Virus record (IMG/VR): IMGVR_UViG_3300012232_000031
Span: 1 to 36,829 of that record
Length of the DNA stretch: 36,829 nucleotides
Strand: one strand, 5' to 3'
Source of the DNA: a virus
Taxonomy: Duplodnaviria; Caudoviricetes
Positions 17,113-25,392 of the stretch are shown in pieces. Numbering within the stretch: the stretch's first letter is position 1; every line of letters starts with the position of its first letter. A program made the position numbers and the translations under genes. The notes beneath the pieces were generated by a model. It saw only the letters and a list, made by a program, of their open reading frames with translations. It ran no database searches and was not told the DNA's origin.

Positions 17113-17321
17113 CAGACGAACCACTGGCCTACCAGCTGTTTGAGATGGACGGCTCCCTAGTAGGTGGCGGCTATCTGACATCTGGCTTCGACATCAACAA
17201 GAGCTTCTTCGAGCACGGCTCTGTCTCCATCACCCTGTCTGATGGTCGTATTCTCAGCTTCCTCACCAGTGAGTGGGGATCCATCTACCTAGACACCAAA
17301 CCAATCACCCACCAGACCTAG
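17109..17321 (+). CDS. Hypothetical protein
   Basis: 70 aa; ATGA overlap; GAGG SD. Confidence 0.6.
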   Translation: MTDEPLAYQLFEMDGSLVGGGYLTSGFDINKSFFEHGSVSITLSDGRILSFLTSEWGSIYLDTKPITHQT

Positions 17322-17323
17322 CC

Positions 17324-18199
17324 ATGAGCACACCCCAAGAAGCCTACAAACTGTTCCGTCGCTGTCACACTCTGATCTATGGACCGCCCGGTGTAGGCAA
17401 GACGACGCTGGCCTGCTCGTATCCCAAACCCGGACTGCTGGCCTTTGAGCCTAGATATAAGTTTGTGGAGGAGAGCAAACTGGCTGCCAAATATCCTCTT
17501 GGAGCAACTGGCTGGGAACTGTTCCGGTCTGATCTTGCTAGGGGCGTCAATCCAGTGCGGACTGTTGGCCTGAACTACGGCAAGAGGGCGACCCTCATCG
17601 TGGATACTGCCGATCAAGCCTACCATGACTGTGCTGACTGGCTGTGCGACCAGGAGAAGGTCAAGAGCCTCGACGCCATGGGCCAGGGCAAGGGCTGGGC
17701 GCTGTGTGACAGGGAGTTCCGCACCCAGATCCAGGCCCTGGTCAACTATGCAGAGGCCAACGCAATCCAGGTAGTGTTCACCAGCCACGTGAAGGTAACC
17801 CAGAACCTGCTTCTGACTACCGCGTGGAACCGTCTAGACCCCTCCATGCCCACCCAGTGTGAGCGTGTAGTCTACGGCCTTGTAGACTGGGCCTGGTATC
17901 TAGGCTACGACATGGACATGGGGGCTATCCGGCCCAAGGGTGAGGAGCAAGAGCTACCCACCAACAACCGGAAGCAGCCTGATTTAAGGGCTGTGTCTCC
18001 TCGTCGCATCCTCATCTTCGATGGTGGGGAAACATTCCGCACCAAGATGGGGCAGCCAGCGACCCAAAGTGAGCCTGTATTCCCAACTGAACTTCGGCAG
18101 CTACCCAGTCAGGGTGGCTTCAACCGTATCCTCAAGGTCTTTGCCGAGAGACTAGAGGGCCAACCTGAACCCAGTGAGACCGCCGAGATCGCCAAATGA
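17324..18199 (+). CDS. AAA_24 / Sak4-like ATPase (ssDNA-annealing recombinase)
   Basis: Walker A LIYGPPGVGKTT, Walker B LIVDTAD, GKGW, VVFTSH; sits between an exonuclease and an SSB-like gene, the usual Sak4 context. Confidence 0.8.
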   Translation: MSTPQEAYKLFRRCHTLIYGPPGVGKTTLACSYPKPGLLAFEPRYKFVEESKLAAKYPLGATGWELFRSDLARGVNPVRTVGLNYGKRATLIVDTADQAYHDCADWLCDQEKVKSLDAMGQGKGWALCDREFRTQIQALVNYAEANAIQVVFTSHVKVTQNLLLTTAWNRLDPSMPTQCERVVYGLVDWAWYLGYDMDMGAIRPKGEEQELPTNNRKQPDLRAVSPRRILIFDGGETFRTKMGQPATQSEPVFPTELRQLPSQGGFNRILKVFAERLEGQPEPSETAEIAK

Positions 18200-18873
18200 C
18201 TCCTACACCTCCCAAGAAGCCCCAATCCCCGCCCGCACAGACCCCAGACTACGGAGACCTTGCCGAGCTTGCCAACATTGCTGAGCAGTTTGCCAAGGCA
18301 GACACCAAGGAATCCGGCAACCAGTTCCCTGACGGCAAGTATCTCGTGAAGCTCAAGGCCGCCGACATTGAGACCTGCAAGGCCGGCAAGTATCTCAACC
18401 ACAAGCAGATCAGGTTCTCCTGGCAGATCACGGATGGACCCTCGGTCAACCGGACCTACCGTGAGTGGCCCTTTGTCTTCGCAGACGACGACAAGATCGG
18501 CTGGTTCAAGGGCCGCATCAAGCAGATGGGCTACCCCAGCGATACCCTCCAGGAGTGCGGGCAGTCACTGAGGCAGGCCAAGCTGGATGGACGGGTCTAC
18601 GAGATCACTCTGCGATCCAAGACCACTCCAGACGGCAAGGACATGCAGAACTGCTACCTGGGCAAGTGTGTGGAGCAGGCAGCTGATGCTGAAGTGGCTG
18701 AAGCACTCGGTGCACAGCTGGATGAGGCTGGTGCTGATGAAGCTGCTGCTGAGCCTGCTGTCCAACACACAGCTGCCAAGGCTCCCCCAGTCAAGAAGAC
18801 TGGCACCAAGGCCAAGGCCGCTGCTCCTGCTGACACCGAGGTTGCAGACCTGCTCAGCGACCTGGAGGGCTAG
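18196..18873 (+). CDS. DUF669-like single-stranded DNA-binding protein
   Basis: FPDGKYLVKL, FSWQITDGP...R, Ala-rich linker and acidic C-terminus DLLSDLEG; follows the Sak4-like gene. Confidence 0.7.
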   Translation: MTPTPPKKPQSPPAQTPDYGDLAELANIAEQFAKADTKESGNQFPDGKYLVKLKAADIETCKAGKYLNHKQIRFSWQITDGPSVNRTYREWPFVFADDDKIGWFKGRIKQMGYPSDTLQECGQSLRQAKLDGRVYEITLRSKTTPDGKDMQNCYLGKCVEQAADAEVAEALGAQLDEAGADEAAAEPAVQHTAAKAPPVKKTGTKAKAAAPADTEVADLLSDLEG

Positions 18874-18875
18874 CA

Positions 18876-19082
18876 ATGAACTACCCTGTCTCTACCGGCC
18901 AAGTGGCCAAACTACTCAAGACAACGGAAGCCAGGGTAGCTGAGACTGTCCGTCGTGGCTTGGTTCATCCTCCACCAGTTATCTTGGCTGGGCGACGACT
19001 GTGGACAGAGAAGCAGATAAGGCGAGTCGCAGAAGTGCTGAACATCGATTTCTCGCTCTGCACGACTGAGAGCAAGGACTAG
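18876..19082 (+). CDS. MerR/excisionase-like HTH DNA-binding protein
   Basis: STGQVAKLL...VRRGLV.PP....GRRLWT..QI. Confidence 0.75.
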   Translation: MNYPVSTGQVAKLLKTTEARVAETVRRGLVHPPPVILAGRRLWTEKQIRRVAEVLNIDFSLCTTESKD

Positions 19083-19084
19083 CC

Positions 19085-19576
19085 ATGGACCGGGAAGCCC
19101 TCAAGTCCTTCGTTACTGACCTACATACCGCACTCAAGGCCCCTGAGGGCTCCCCCCTAGACAATACAGCAATCGAGTTGGCGGTCCGTGCCTTCCGTAT
19201 CTACACTGGGGAAGAGGAAGTCAGCATCCTCGTATCAGATCCCCAGGCTGTCATCGACGCAGCCCGCAAGGCACGGACCCCCCTTGTCCCCACCAGTGAG
19301 TGGGACCCCAACAAGCAGGCATGGAGGCGCAAGACTGAGGGCCAGATGGCCGCTGACCACATTGAGCGCATGAGTGAGCACTGGAAGTTTCACCCAATGC
19401 CGCCCAAGCCCAAGGAAGTCCCTGTGGAGATTCCTGTGGTTGAGGAGAAAATCAGCGTGATGATCTGCTTTGTCTGCAAAAAGCCGGCCCTCCATGATGA
19501 TAGGTTCACTGAGGATACCCCGATGGGGACTTGCTGTGGAGATGGCTACATCAAGACGATGAAGGAGGGCAGATGA
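19085..19576 (+). CDS. Hypothetical protein with C-terminal Cys motif
   Basis: 163 aa; AAGGA SD; CFVC...CC. Confidence 0.65.
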   Translation: MDREALKSFVTDLHTALKAPEGSPLDNTAIELAVRAFRIYTGEEEVSILVSDPQAVIDAARKARTPLVPTSEWDPNKQAWRRKTEGQMAADHIERMSEHWKFHPMPPKPKEVPVEIPVVEEKISVMICFVCKKPALHDDRFTEDTPMGTCCGDGYIKTMKEGR

Positions 19577-19776
19577 TCCCCTGCCCCTGCTGCGGCCGTG
19601 CCATCAAGGACCCTCGCGTCCTACGCAATGCCCCGCAGCGCACCCGCGCTCAGGTGGTGGCTGGCCTGTCTGCCCAGGGCATGTCCAGCAAGGCCATCGC
19701 GTCTCTGCTGGGCTGGAACTACTCGACAGTGCGGAGCCTGCTGGCATACGCACGCAACATGCAAGGTGCCACGTGA
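19573..19776 (+). CDS. Small HTH protein (sigma region-4/LuxR-like) with CPCC motif
   Basis: ATG 19573 after AGGAGG; GMSSKAIASLLGWNYSTVRSLL. Confidence 0.7.
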   Translation: MIPCPCCGRAIKDPRVLRNAPQRTRAQVVAGLSAQGMSSKAIASLLGWNYSTVRSLLAYARNMQGAT

Positions 19777-19994
19777 GAGCCATTCTCCTGCTTCTCCTGC
19801 TCCCGACTCCCGCCCAGGACCCCCACGTCCTGCTGCTGAAGGCAGTCCAAGCGCCTCCCGTGCTGGTGCCCCAGTTCACAGCGGGGATGCGGCCGTCCAA
19901 CTGGCTGGATCACCTACAAGCCTATGGGCAGTCCCGGGGCGTGGACGTTTTCGCGCGTGGGGTGGCCCCGCTGATGACGGATGGTGAACGATGA
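19773..19994 (+). CDS. Hypothetical protein, possible signal peptide
   Basis: MRAILLLLLLPTPAQD; GTGA and ATGA overlaps. Confidence 0.55.
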   Translation: MRAILLLLLLPTPAQDPHVLLLKAVQAPPVLVPQFTAGMRPSNWLDHLQAYGQSRGVDVFARGVAPLMTDGER

Positions 19995-20245
19995 CCCCGC
20001 AGCCGGAGCCCAGCGTGCGGCACTGCAAGGTGTGCGGCGAGTATCTCTCGCCCCGGGACAACGTTCACGTTTGCCAATGGCTTGCCGGCTACGAGGCCGC
20101 GCGCAAGCAGGCGGAGAGGATCGCTTTGACCAGCTTCAAGACCCGCTCGGAGTGCAAGGAGAGCCCGCACAGCGAGGGCTGGGACGATTGCGCCCGTGGG
20201 ATCGCAGACCGCATCCTTGCCATGCAGCCGGAGGTGCCCCAGTGA
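19991..20245 (+). CDS. Hypothetical protein with CxxC
   Basis: 84 aa; overlap-coupled. Confidence 0.6.
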   Translation: MTPQPEPSVRHCKVCGEYLSPRDNVHVCQWLAGYEAARKQAERIALTSFKTRSECKESPHSEGWDDCARGIADRILAMQPEVPQ

Positions 20246-20541
20246 CCCCCGAATCGGCCATCGAGCGGCTGGAGAAGATCGAGAAGAAGACTCCCAGACA
20301 GTGGGGAGCTTTGTCCAACCAGCGGGCTACAGGGCACCAGATTGTCCTCTACCCTATCGATGCTGGCTGGCCAGATGGTGTCATTGCCTTCCGCAACGCA
20401 GCCCCTGCGCTGATCGCCGTGGCGCGGGCGGCTGCGGCCATCTCCGCAAAGGCTGAGACGTTCCAGCCATTAGCGACCGACTGGGCGGTCCTGGATGCTG
20501 CCCTTGCCTCGCTGGCCGCAGCCGTGGAGGCAGGAGCATGA
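20242..20541 (+). CDS. Hypothetical protein (Ead/Ea22-like composition)
   Basis: GTG after GGAGG; LEKIEKKTPRQW...IAFRNAAPALIAVARAA. Confidence 0.6.
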   Translation: MTPESAIERLEKIEKKTPRQWGALSNQRATGHQIVLYPIDAGWPDGVIAFRNAAPALIAVARAAAAISAKAETFQPLATDWAVLDAALASLAAAVEAGA

Positions 20542-20744
20542 GCAGCACCGAGAGCTGCGCCAACTGCGGGCGGCACACCATGGAAGTCACTCCAGGACCA
20601 CACCACGCTTGAATGGAATACGTCTGCCGCAGTTGCGGCTTCTTCTGGTCGAACAACATGGGTGGAACGATGGACGAGGCAGTTGAGGCGTGGCGAGCGT
20701 TCTACAAGCCTCCGGTTGGCTACGGCGGACAGGTGCCTTCATGA
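20538..20744 (+). pseudogene. Lar-like Zn-ribbon gene interrupted by an in-frame TGA (20610-20612)
   Basis: MSSTESCANCG...PHHA*MEYVCRSCG...DEAVEAW; AGGAG SD; ATGA overlaps at both ends. Confidence 0.6.
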
Positions 20745-21277
20745 CCCCCGACCGCGAGCTTCGGGAGGCGGCGATTGCTGTGATCGCCGACAAGGCACAG
20801 TGCCCACTGGAGAAGCCCTGGTGGACTGAGCATGACGCCTTCGTCTTCACCGGCAGGCAGACTGATGGCCGCTACATCGCCCTAGTCTCTCCCGAGGTGG
20901 TGCTCGCCCTGCTGGACCGGGTGGAGAAGCTGGAGGCGCAGGAGGAGGAGAGGCAGCGCGCAATGGACGCGCTTGTCGAGGCTGCCGATGTCACCACGCT
21001 CACCCGTCAGCGCAACGAGGCCGTGCAGAAGTTCCGAGACTACGAGCACGAGGTGATGACTGGCCGCAATGCCCAGCATGAGGCACTAGTTGCCGAGCGG
21101 GACCGACTGCGGGAGGCGCTGGAGAAGGCCGAGCAGATCGCGAAGGACGCGCGCCGATTGCTCAACGACCTGAGCAACAACCCCGTGAACCTGCTGCGCC
21201 CGGAGAGGGTGTGCCTTGAGGAGAAGGTTGAAGTCTTCCTTGCCGAGGCGGCCCTGCGGGAGGCGAAACGTGAGTAG
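20741..21277 (+). CDS. Ead/Ea22-like coiled-coil protein
   Basis: YIALVSPEVVLALLDRVEKLE and LVAERDRLREALE motifs; ATG at 20741. Confidence 0.65.
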   Translation: MTPDRELREAAIAVIADKAQCPLEKPWWTEHDAFVFTGRQTDGRYIALVSPEVVLALLDRVEKLEAQEEERQRAMDALVEAADVTTLTRQRNEAVQKFRDYEHEVMTGRNAQHEALVAERDRLREALEKAEQIAKDARRLLNDLSNNPVNLLRPERVCLEEKVEVFLAEAALREAKRE

Positions 21278-21530
21278 CAAGCGGAAGACCGGCTTGGCCC
21301 TCGTGTGCAGCATCGCGTCGAAGGACTGGGGCGTCACGGATGCGGACTGGCAGCGGGCGCGCCAGGAGTTCCGGGCGCTGATGGCGCTGGCGAAGGCCGA
21401 CCATGCCTGTGAGTTTCCACCAGGGACAGACTTCCTCTCTCGGTCGAATGGCGCAGTCCAGCGTGTGAAGCGTCACGCCAAGGCGCTCATGGCAGTCATC
21501 AAGCTCGGCATCCTGAAGGAGCGCCCATGA
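21270..21530 (+). CDS. Hypothetical protein
   Basis: GTG after GGAGG; 86 aa. Confidence 0.6.
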   Translation: MSSKRKTGLALVCSIASKDWGVTDADWQRARQEFRALMALAKADHACEFPPGTDFLSRSNGAVQRVKRHAKALMAVIKLGILKERP

Positions 21531-21557
21531 CCGACCTCGTGAAGCTGTGCCCGTTGA

Positions 21558-21725
21558 TTCACTGCTAGCTTCTTTACCTGGTGGTAGCCCTTTGGGCCGA
21601 TCTGGGTCGTTCTTTACAAACTGTCACTAGGGTGGAGGTGGTGTTGACTCCAGAAGGTAGTTGACCCTGTTGTGACTCACAACTACCCGCCACTTCCGCC
21701 CACTTACTAGGAGCCAGCTAGTGAA
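21558..21725 (+). ncRNA. Candidate structured intergenic RNA
   Basis: Stems 21577-87/21621-31 (3 G-U), 21630-43/21688-701 (3 G-U), 21656-63/21680-87, and closing CTAGCT/AGCTAG. Confidence 0.45.
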
Positions 21726-21816
21726 CCCACCCTGCCACTACTGTGGAACAGTGGTGAACCATCCTTTCCTTCGCTGCCACCATCAGCCCCACCAACAAAG
21801 ACCGGAGTCTACTACC

Positions 21817-22155
21817 ATGGACCAAAAAGACAGAAACCTTGAGACCGCCAAGTTCTTCGGCAGCTGTCAGACCCTCATGGCCAAGAAGGTGAGGGCCTAT
21901 GCCCCCAGCCAAGATGCCTTCGCCAACTTCGTGAGGAGGGCCCAACTGCTCAGGACTGTCGCCAGCACAGTGATACTCACAGACGCTACCAAGCATGTAG
22001 AGGCACTGGCAACACTCCTGCTTGATCCAGCTGTCTGCGCCGACGAGGACATCCTGCACCGCTGTCAGGATGCCTGCAATCTGCTGGCACTGCTGGCTGT
22101 CTACTGCACCGTCGAGGAGCCAACTGACCCGCTTCCCAGTGAGGTGCGCCTGTGA
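21817..22155 (+). CDS. Nucleotide-modification-associated (Nmad1/DUF1599-like) all-alpha protein
   Basis: KK..AY....DAFANF...KH.......EDI..R..DA.N.L.LL pattern; likely ATG at 21817 after GGAG (alternative GTG at 21721). Confidence 0.55.
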   Translation: MDQKDRNLETAKFFGSCQTLMAKKVRAYAPSQDAFANFVRRAQLLRTVASTVILTDATKHVEALATLLLDPAVCADEDILHRCQDACNLLALLAVYCTVEEPTDPLPSEVRL

Positions 22156-22337
22156 AACAGCTTTACTGCATCAACAACTCGAATGACTGCGCGCCTGTCT
22201 ACGTAGTTACTGCCTCTGCTGATGAGGCTATCGCCATCTGGAGGGAGACTGCCGAATGTCCCCCGACGGTGGTCCGCAGTGAACACCAGCCGGCCAATAT
22301 CTACATCTACCCCCTGCTCAATGGAGACCGCCTGTGA
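22152..22337 (+). CDS. Hypothetical protein
   Basis: 61 aa; GAGGT SD; GTGA overlaps. Confidence 0.6.
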   Translation: MKQLYCINNSNDCAPVYVVTASADEAIAIWRETAECPPTVVRSEHQPANIYIYPLLNGDRL

Positions 22338-24193
22338 CTACCCGCATCCACGTCACGAATCCATCTCGCTACCCCCGCAAGGACTGGGCAGTGTGGGGGT
22401 CTCCTGCTGTCAGCGAGCACAGCTACACAAGGACGCCAGCAGGCACGTATCTCAATGTGGGGCGTGTCTCCGTCCCTGCCAACTTCTCCAGCCAGGTAGA
22501 TGTAGAAGACTCCAGTCCTGGGCCCTTTATCCTGCACCCAGCTGTCCGCATCCAGATGCTTGCTGGTGGCTTCAAGCCCTGGGTCTCCATCAATGGTAGG
22601 GTCATCGACCTGGAGCCAGAGCTGACCCTCACTGTCAATGACGACCGCCTGGTTGTCAGCTTCTGGAAGGACAGGACGGCCGAGGGCATTGCAGAGCTGG
22701 TCGTCTACCTGTTCAAGGACAGCCCCATCCTCCAGTGGGAGCTTGCCATTACCGGGGAGTCCCTCATTACCAGCAGCCAGGATCTGGTTGTGGACTTCAT
22801 GCTGGGGACCGGGCCGCTAGCCCTCACCTGGGTCTACGATGGCTTTGACAAGCTGGACAGCAATGGAAATCCCCCAGCTAGTGCAGCTAACCCCATCAAG
22901 AAGTTGCGCCTGCCCCCCAAGACTGGAGATGCCCAGGGCTACGTCTACCGGGGAGTCGTTATCTTCTACAGCGGAACGCCCACCCAAGAGGAAGCTGACT
23001 CTGCTAGGGCCGCCATGGTGGCTCCCCTCATCGGCATGACTAGCTGGCCGGAACATGGTGTCTGGGACAAGACGGCAGACCCAGCTGGCAACTTGGCTGA
23101 CGACTCAGCTACCCTGGCTGGGGTAAACTGGGAGGATCCACTGGCGCACCCTAGGTTCATCCAGAACAAGAGACCGGCTGACTCTGGTGAGCAGGCAGAA
23201 GTTGCCGTGCCCTGGACCCACTTTGCCGATGTCACCGACACCTCGTCTCTCAACCTTTACCGCAAGCTGTGCGCTAGCTACCGCAACTGCCTGAGACCTA
23301 CCTGGTATTTCGAGGCAGACAGTAATCCAATCTTTGCCCGCGATCACAGAGACCTGGTGATCTGGTCAGAAGAGATCCACTTCCACAGCGGGGTGTCCAG
23401 GGACAGACTGCGGCGCACACACACAGGGTCTTCTGCCTCTGGCTGGTTCGGCCATGACAACCAGCACCAAGGCTGGATCTTCGCCTGTGAGAACTTCCTG
23501 CTGACAGGTAGCTGGCTGCTCCATCGCAAGATTGCCCAGATCCAGCAGAACTGGATCGCAGCACTTACCCTGCCGTCTACCCACCCAGGATGGTCCACCA
23601 ATGACCCAGGACCGGGGCGCGATGTCGGCCACTTCTTCAGGGCGATTGCCCAGTCGCTGAGGGTGGTGTGGACGGAGCAGCTGTTCCAGCAGGCTTGCCA
23701 GCGGCTCATCCAAGTCATCTACCCTGCCTGGCGCAGCCGCCACACCACTGGCTCTATCATCAAACCCTACACCATCATTGGGCCGGACCCCCGCACTGGG
23801 TTCCCGACTCAGCCCAGCTGGGCAGCTTGGCAAGACAGCATCTTCGTGATGGGGCTGTCTACCTTCCTCCAAGTCACTGTTGGGCGACTGACGCCGGCCC
23901 TTCGTGACATCCTCAGGGAGATGATCGAGGAGACCGGCACCAGTGTTGTCGAGCACGGGTTCACTCCCCAAGGCGAGCAAGCCGTTGCCTACATGCCGAT
24001 TCCAGGGAACCGCCCTCCAGCTGATTACTACGATCCTCTCCAGGTGACGCTGGCGACAGGCACTGACTTCAGGCACTGGGACCTGAGCTGTGTCGGCATC
24101 ATGGAGAGACGGGGATCACCAAGGGCTGTCCAGCTGAAGGCTAGCCATGCAGGAGACAGCAGGCCCCAATACACAGGGACACTCCTTCCATGA
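22334..24193 (+). CDS. Large hypothetical protein; beta-rich N-terminus plus probable alpha/alpha barrel (YetA/RGLX-like architecture)
   Basis: 619 aa; GWFGHDNQH, NFLLTGS, GPGRDVG, WAAWQDS aromatic/His motifs; no NTPase or primase motifs. Confidence 0.45.
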   Translation: MTTRIHVTNPSRYPRKDWAVWGSPAVSEHSYTRTPAGTYLNVGRVSVPANFSSQVDVEDSSPGPFILHPAVRIQMLAGGFKPWVSINGRVIDLEPELTLTVNDDRLVVSFWKDRTAEGIAELVVYLFKDSPILQWELAITGESLITSSQDLVVDFMLGTGPLALTWVYDGFDKLDSNGNPPASAANPIKKLRLPPKTGDAQGYVYRGVVIFYSGTPTQEEADSARAAMVAPLIGMTSWPEHGVWDKTADPAGNLADDSATLAGVNWEDPLAHPRFIQNKRPADSGEQAEVAVPWTHFADVTDTSSLNLYRKLCASYRNCLRPTWYFEADSNPIFARDHRDLVIWSEEIHFHSGVSRDRLRRTHTGSSASGWFGHDNQHQGWIFACENFLLTGSWLLHRKIAQIQQNWIAALTLPSTHPGWSTNDPGPGRDVGHFFRAIAQSLRVVWTEQLFQQACQRLIQVIYPAWRSRHTTGSIIKPYTIIGPDPRTGFPTQPSWAAWQDSIFVMGLSTFLQVTVGRLTPALRDILREMIEETGTSVVEHGFTPQGEQAVAYMPIPGNRPPADYYDPLQVTLATGTDFRHWDLSCVGIMERRGSPRAVQLKASHAGDSRPQYTGTLLP

Positions 24194-24438
24194 CCCCCAC
24201 AACCCAACTCTCCGTCTTCTACCTGCGCCTTGAAGACAAAGACGTAGGTGAGGTGATCGCAGTCAAGGAGCTAGGCAATCCCCTGACCTCTGTCAGGATC
24301 AACCTGTATGACAACCCCATCCAGGGGCACCTAACCCTCCCCATCCTCAGGAAGCATGTATCCAAGCTGCTGGACTCCCTGCTGGAGGGCTCCTGGATCC
24401 TGGTCCCTGGGCAGGCGTGTGGCGGGGACGGGAGATGA
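24190..24438 (+). CDS. Hypothetical protein
   Basis: 82 aa; ATGA overlap. Confidence 0.55.
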   Translation: MTPTTQLSVFYLRLEDKDVGEVIAVKELGNPLTSVRINLYDNPIQGHLTLPILRKHVSKLLDSLLEGSWILVPGQACGGDGR

Positions 24439-24645
24439 GCAGGAAGGGCCGCCAGCCTTCACCAGTCAAGGCCAGTTCAATCCGGGCTGGCCCACTGAAC
24501 CCTGGGCCGGTTTGCAGGCAGGGGCCGCCAGATCGCATCCTAGCAATCCTCTGCACCCTGACATTTTGGCTGGTGGACTGCCGGCGCAACCTCGGCCCGT
24601 CGTCCCTTGCCCGTCAGCTAGGTATCCCAGCTGGCCCTCATCTCC
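24431..24645 (+). ncRNA. Candidate structured intergenic RNA
   Basis: Closing helix GGAGATGAG/CTCATCTCC (24431-39/24637-45); 14-bp stem 24458-71/24564-77 with 4 G-U pairs; further nested stems. Confidence 0.45.
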
Positions 24646-24737
24646 TCTCTCCCCTGGGCTGTCTTGGATTCTCATTCTTGCTAAGTATGAGAATTAAAGA
24701 ACGATCTCAGGTCCCGATCGGCCTGTCAACTGCCTCA

Positions 24738-24766
24738 ATTGTAACAACTGGCGGAGACCGCTCCAA
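24738..24766 (-). promoter_or_regulatory. Candidate antisense promoter
   Basis: Minus strand TTGGAG-17 nt-TACAAT with a TGn extension. Confidence 0.4.
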
Positions 24767-24843
24767 CCCCCAGAGGCCGGCCGGACTTCGGTCTACCTGG
24801 ATTTCCAGGATTTATTCTACGATGCTATCGAAGGAACCCCTCC

Positions 24844-25392
24844 ATGCCCCTGCTCAGTGAGCCCCTAGCCACCATCCGCAGGGATCTGATGGCATGCAGC
24901 AAGTGTCCTGCACTGGGATCCTGTGTGCCGCCTGTGGGTCCCAGTAATCCCAGTCTCTTCATCATTGGACAGGCCCCCTGGGAGACAGAGGTGGACGTAG
25001 GGATTCCCTTCTGTGGCGAAAGCGGCAAGCTGCTGGATGAGCTACTGGCAGCTGCCAACATCCCCCGGTCTACCTGCTTTATATCCAATGCTGTTGCCTG
25101 CCAACTTCCCAAGGATAGGAGACCCTGTGAGCCAACTACAATCGAGCTGGACAACTGTCGGCCATTCCTAGTCAGACAGCTACTGTTGCTGCGCCCATCA
25201 GCTGTCCTCTGTCTGGGCCGAGATGCATACAGGATATTTAGTAAGCGGGTCCCTTGGGGTGACGGCATTGTTATCAAGACTAAGACCAGACTGTTGCTGT
25301 CTTACCATCCCAGCTACTGGCTGAGGAACAACAATCCTGCTGGATTCCTGGCGATAGCGCCCAAACTGAAGGAGTTAGTTTATGGAAACTGA
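24844..25392 (+). CDS. udg: Uracil-DNA glycosylase, family 4-like (Fe-S)
   Basis: CSKC, IIGQAPW.TE...GIPFCGESGKLL, SNAVAC, NCRPFL, LCLG, YHPSY.LR. Confidence 0.85.
   Translation: MPLLSEPLATIRRDLMACSKCPALGSCVPPVGPSNPSLFIIGQAPWETEVDVGIPFCGESGKLLDELLAAANIPRSTCFISNAVACQLPKDRRPCEPTTIELDNCRPFLVRQLLLLRPSAVLCLGRDAYRIFSKRVPWGDGIVIKTKTRLLLSYHPSYWLRNNNPAGFLAIAPKLKELVYGN

Noticed and set aside
17324-18199. Replicative helicase
   Set aside because: Motifs and gene context fit the AAA_24/Sak4 annealing ATPases; DnaB/SF4 and SF2 motifs are absent.
18876-19082. Excisionase implying an integrated prophage
   Set aside because: No integrase, CI-like repressor, att-like repeat or host genes are visible; the HTH alone is insufficient.
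24417-24860. 147-aa ORF before udg
   Set aside because: It spans a strongly base-paired region and AT-rich promoter-like motifs, and its composition is not protein-like; better explained as non-coding.
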